Shown: positions 61,887-64,000 of the stretch, one piece after another | Numbering within the stretch: position 1 is the stretch's first letter | How the letters are laid out: each line of letters starts with the position of its first letter | From: an uncultured Nitrospinota bacterium | GTDB taxonomy: Bacteria; Tectomicrobia; Entotheonellia; J063; CAVPRW01 | Length of the DNA: 64,000 nucleotides | Reading direction: 5' to 3' | Assembly (NCBI GenBank): GCA_963707985.1 | Contig: CAVPRW010000030.1 | Location: 32,001 to 96,000 of the forward strand | The notes under the pieces: generated by a model | What the model saw: the letters and a program-made list of their open reading frames with translations, nothing else | Databases searched by the model: none | Told to the model about the DNA's origin: nothing | Program-made: the position numbers and the translations under genes

Positions 61887-63425
61887 CTACGAGCCGGCCG
61901 CAGAGCCCCCTTGGGATGGTATGCTCACCGGCCGTCGTGGGGTCAGGAACATCTGGCGCAGGTTGTTCAGGTCGAGCGTGGGCATATCCAGGTCGAGGGC
62001 TTTTAGCACACCGTTGGCCAGCTCGTTGTAATCCATGAACCAGCGACGCAGCCGATTGCGCCAGGTAGGTATACCACCGTTGGCATGCAGCTCGAAAGCT
62101 GACTCGCGCCCATCAAGCCCCGATGAGATATGGTCCCAGGCCAGATTCAGGAGGGCCGAGCGCTGCAGCGCGGTATAACCACCACCACCAAACGACTCAT
62201 CCAGGCCGGCTGCCAGCTCCGGAGCGGCCAGGTCCGTGTCAGCGGGGGCCATCATCAGCGATGAGCCAGGCAGCATACGCAAAATCTCGGTGATACCTTG
62301 CCGGGCCTTCAGCATGGCGATGCTGCCCGCGGCCATGTGGAGCAGACCCGGAAAGACGTACCCTGCCTGCGTGACCTGTGGATCGAGCTCGCCGGCGGTG
62401 AGGCAGCTACGCACTGTCTGCACGTCGGCGATGAGGTCCACCAGATAGTCGAGCGTCTGTTGATGCTCCCGCAGACCCATGGCGTCGGTGCAGGCCAGCG
62501 CCAGGCCCAGGGTAAACTCCGCCTTGGCCAGCCAGCCATACAACTGATGCCAGTATAGCCAGGATGAGATCCCCTCCCCCCGGTCGAGTTCGAGAGGAGC
62601 CGGGCCGCTCGCGTCAGCAGGAGGTTCCGTCAGAAACACCCGTTCCCAGGGGATGAAGACGTCGTCCAACCACATTTGTGCGTCGAGCTCATCGAACCGG
62701 CTGCTGAGGGGTGCCAGGAAGGGATTGTGGTGGCGCGCGGCAATCCGCCGGCAGACCACGGTGACGCCAGGCGCTGCCACCGAGACCACAAACGTCGCCC
62801 GCTGACTCCCGCACGTGACCGCCCCACCGGCGCCGATATAGACCTCGTCGGCGAATGGGACGCTGGTGTGCATGCCAACCTTGCCACGCAAGACGATGCC
62901 AGCATCGGTCTCCTTGATCAGACGGAGAGAGGCCCGCTCGTTTAGGTCTGCCCGGAAGCGATAGCCGATGGTCGCACCGCCGGAGGAAAAGGTCAGGAAA
63001 CGCCCGGTTTCGGCCAGCCAGTCCCGGTATTTGGCCGCCGTCCCCAGCTGCTCTGATGCGGGGTGGCGGCGCTGGACGGCGTCGAGAATGCCGAGCGCAA
63101 TCAGGTTGCCATAGGCGGGGGTATGGGTCACGTTCCCAGCGGTAGGGAAGAGCGTTGCGGCAAAGGAACGCCCCATCCGACGGAGGTCCTCGGCGCGCTG
63201 CGGCACGAGAAACGCCATGGGTATGCGTTCCCCCTGGTCGTCGGGCATGGTTAGCAAGATATCATGCCACGCTGCGTCGCAGTGGCGGTCGTACCAGCCA
63301 GCATAGAAATCGACCATGGCGCGGGTGGCGGGGTGCGTCGTCAGATCATCGACCCGACCGTCGCCAATGACCCAGATGTTGCGCCCGTCACGTAGGCTGT
63401 CGCGATATTCGGCACCAGTACGAAT
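61887..63425 (-). CDS. 4-hydroxyphenylacetate 3-hydroxylase (HpaB/PvcC-like) flavin-dependent monooxygenase
   Basis: RTGAEYRDSLRDGR...DDLTTHP upstream of the listed ATG, in frame; G.KVGMHT; PLSSRFDELD....DDVFIPWERVF. Start codon appears to be ATT. Confidence 0.88.
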   Translation of the reverse strand: MRTGAEYRDSLRDGRNIWVIGDGRVDDLTTHPATRAMVDFYAGWYDRHCDAAWHDILLTMPDDQGERIPMAFLVPQRAEDLRRMGRSFAATLFPTAGNVTHTPAYGNLIALGILDAVQRRHPASEQLGTAAKYRDWLAETGRFLTFSSGGATIGYRFRADLNERASLRLIKETDAGIVLRGKVGMHTSVPFADEVYIGAGGAVTCGSQRATFVVSVAAPGVTVVCRRIAARHHNPFLAPLSSRFDELDAQMWLDDVFIPWERVFLTEPPADASGPAPLELDRGEGISSWLYWHQLYGWLAKAEFTLGLALACTDAMGLREHQQTLDYLVDLIADVQTVRSCLTAGELDPQVTQAGYVFPGLLHMAAGSIAMLKARQGITEILRMLPGSSLMMAPADTDLAAPELAAGLDESFGGGGYTALQRSALLNLAWDHISSGLDGRESAFELHANGGIPTWRNRLRRWFMDYNELANGVLKALDLDMPTLDLNNLRQMFLTPRRPVSIPSQGGSAAGS

Positions 63426-63456
63426 GGCAGTTCTCCTCCGTCGTCGGACGGCCGCG

Positions 63457-63654
63457 TTAGCTCTTCATCCACCGACATTCCGGCAAGTGGCCGTGCGCCC
63501 CACCATCACGGCATGTGCACTCGACATCTTTCTGCTGACGATAGCCTCTAGACTCCAAAAACGCATGAAAACCGGTGTAGAAGCTATCCCCCTCATCGAT
63601 CGACTGAAAGCCGGCCTCGAAGGCTTGCCGCAGCTCCTCGCGAGTCGGTTGCAT
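63457..63654 (-). CDS. Small hypothetical protein with Cys/His-rich C-terminus
   Basis: GGGGAGG RBS; CTC.DGG.HGH.PEC; operonic spacing. Confidence 0.7.
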   Translation of the reverse strand: MQPTREELRQAFEAGFQSIDEGDSFYTGFHAFLESRGYRQQKDVECTCRDGGAHGHLPECRWMKS

Positions 63655-63686
63655 GGCCTCGCTCGCCTCCCCACCTGAGCACAGGG

Positions 63687-63893
63687 CTAGGGCGTGTTCA
63701 GGATTTCAACGATATTTTGCGCGAAGATCATCTCTTCTGTGCCGACCACCGAGGCGTCGTTCGGTGAGGACAGATAACGTGCGAACACCCAGACCCCATC
63801 CAACGGGTTCGACACCACCTCCGCTGTCGACCCATCGGACAGGCTGATGGTTGTTCCCGGCTCCAGGAGCCTGAGGTTGATGATACCGTTCAT
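63687..63893 (-). CDS. Small beta-rich hypothetical protein
   Basis: AAGGAGG RBS; 68 aa; AEVVSNP.DG.W..ARY. Confidence 0.7.
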   Translation of the reverse strand: MNGIINLRLLEPGTTISLSDGSTAEVVSNPLDGVWVFARYLSSPNDASVVGTEEMIFAQNIVEILNTP

Positions 63894-64000
63894 GGCACGC
63901 CTCCTTTTTCTGCCTCAGCTCCCGTTGTGCTGGCCGTTCATCTGTGTGGCAGACTCAGAACGGCGCCAGGTGGCTAATTCATCCCAGCTCCCGGCCTCCA

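Noticed and set aside
1..64000. tRNA/rRNA genes
   Set aside because: None recognised by eye. A tRNAscan/Infernal run would be needed to exclude them and any riboswitches.

Overview
64-kb window of a GC-rich bacterial genome. The IS and intron remnants resemble Candidatus Tectomicrobia/Entotheonella-like assemblies, which is inference only. The window has four parts. (1) 1-8.9 kb: debris of IS fragments and pseudogenes around a Rieske dioxygenase alpha/beta pair, a TIR-WD40 pseudogene, a nitroreductase, a decayed RelE/HigB-XRE pair and a PAC2 gene. (2) ~8.97-20.7 kb: an integron cassette array with no integrase in the window. Cassettes are GNAT, truncated GrpB, an unknown beta-rich/membrane protein, HigBA, HicBA, a second GNAT and a SnoaL remnant. 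Its attC sites were hit by two group II introns, an IS110 and a 35-bp-TIR element, and the split sites can be rebuilt from core/inverse-core complementarity. An IS1 and gene fragments follow. (3) 22.9-47.6 kb: housekeeping and metabolic genes (PhnA-like hydrolase, M24 peptidase, MPG glycosylase, PPIase, SirB1, LIV-type ABC plus acyl-CoA ligase, AqpZ, SDR, MFS, LLM monooxygenase, quinone reductase). (4) 47.6-64 kb: an island bracketed by a ~265-bp duplication of the quinone-reductase 3' end, holding an HNH pair and an IS3-deleted SIS-[gap]-ORF-PfkB operon. It is followed by VapBC, an IPT/TIG membrane protein, MetE-II, a DEDDh exonuclease, a GMC oxidoreductase, a BNR propeller and an HpaB/PvcC-like cluster. 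Two patterns run across the window: decayed elements show strongly A:T->C:G-biased substitutions, and many single-base frameshifts sit in short homopolymers and may be assembly errors.
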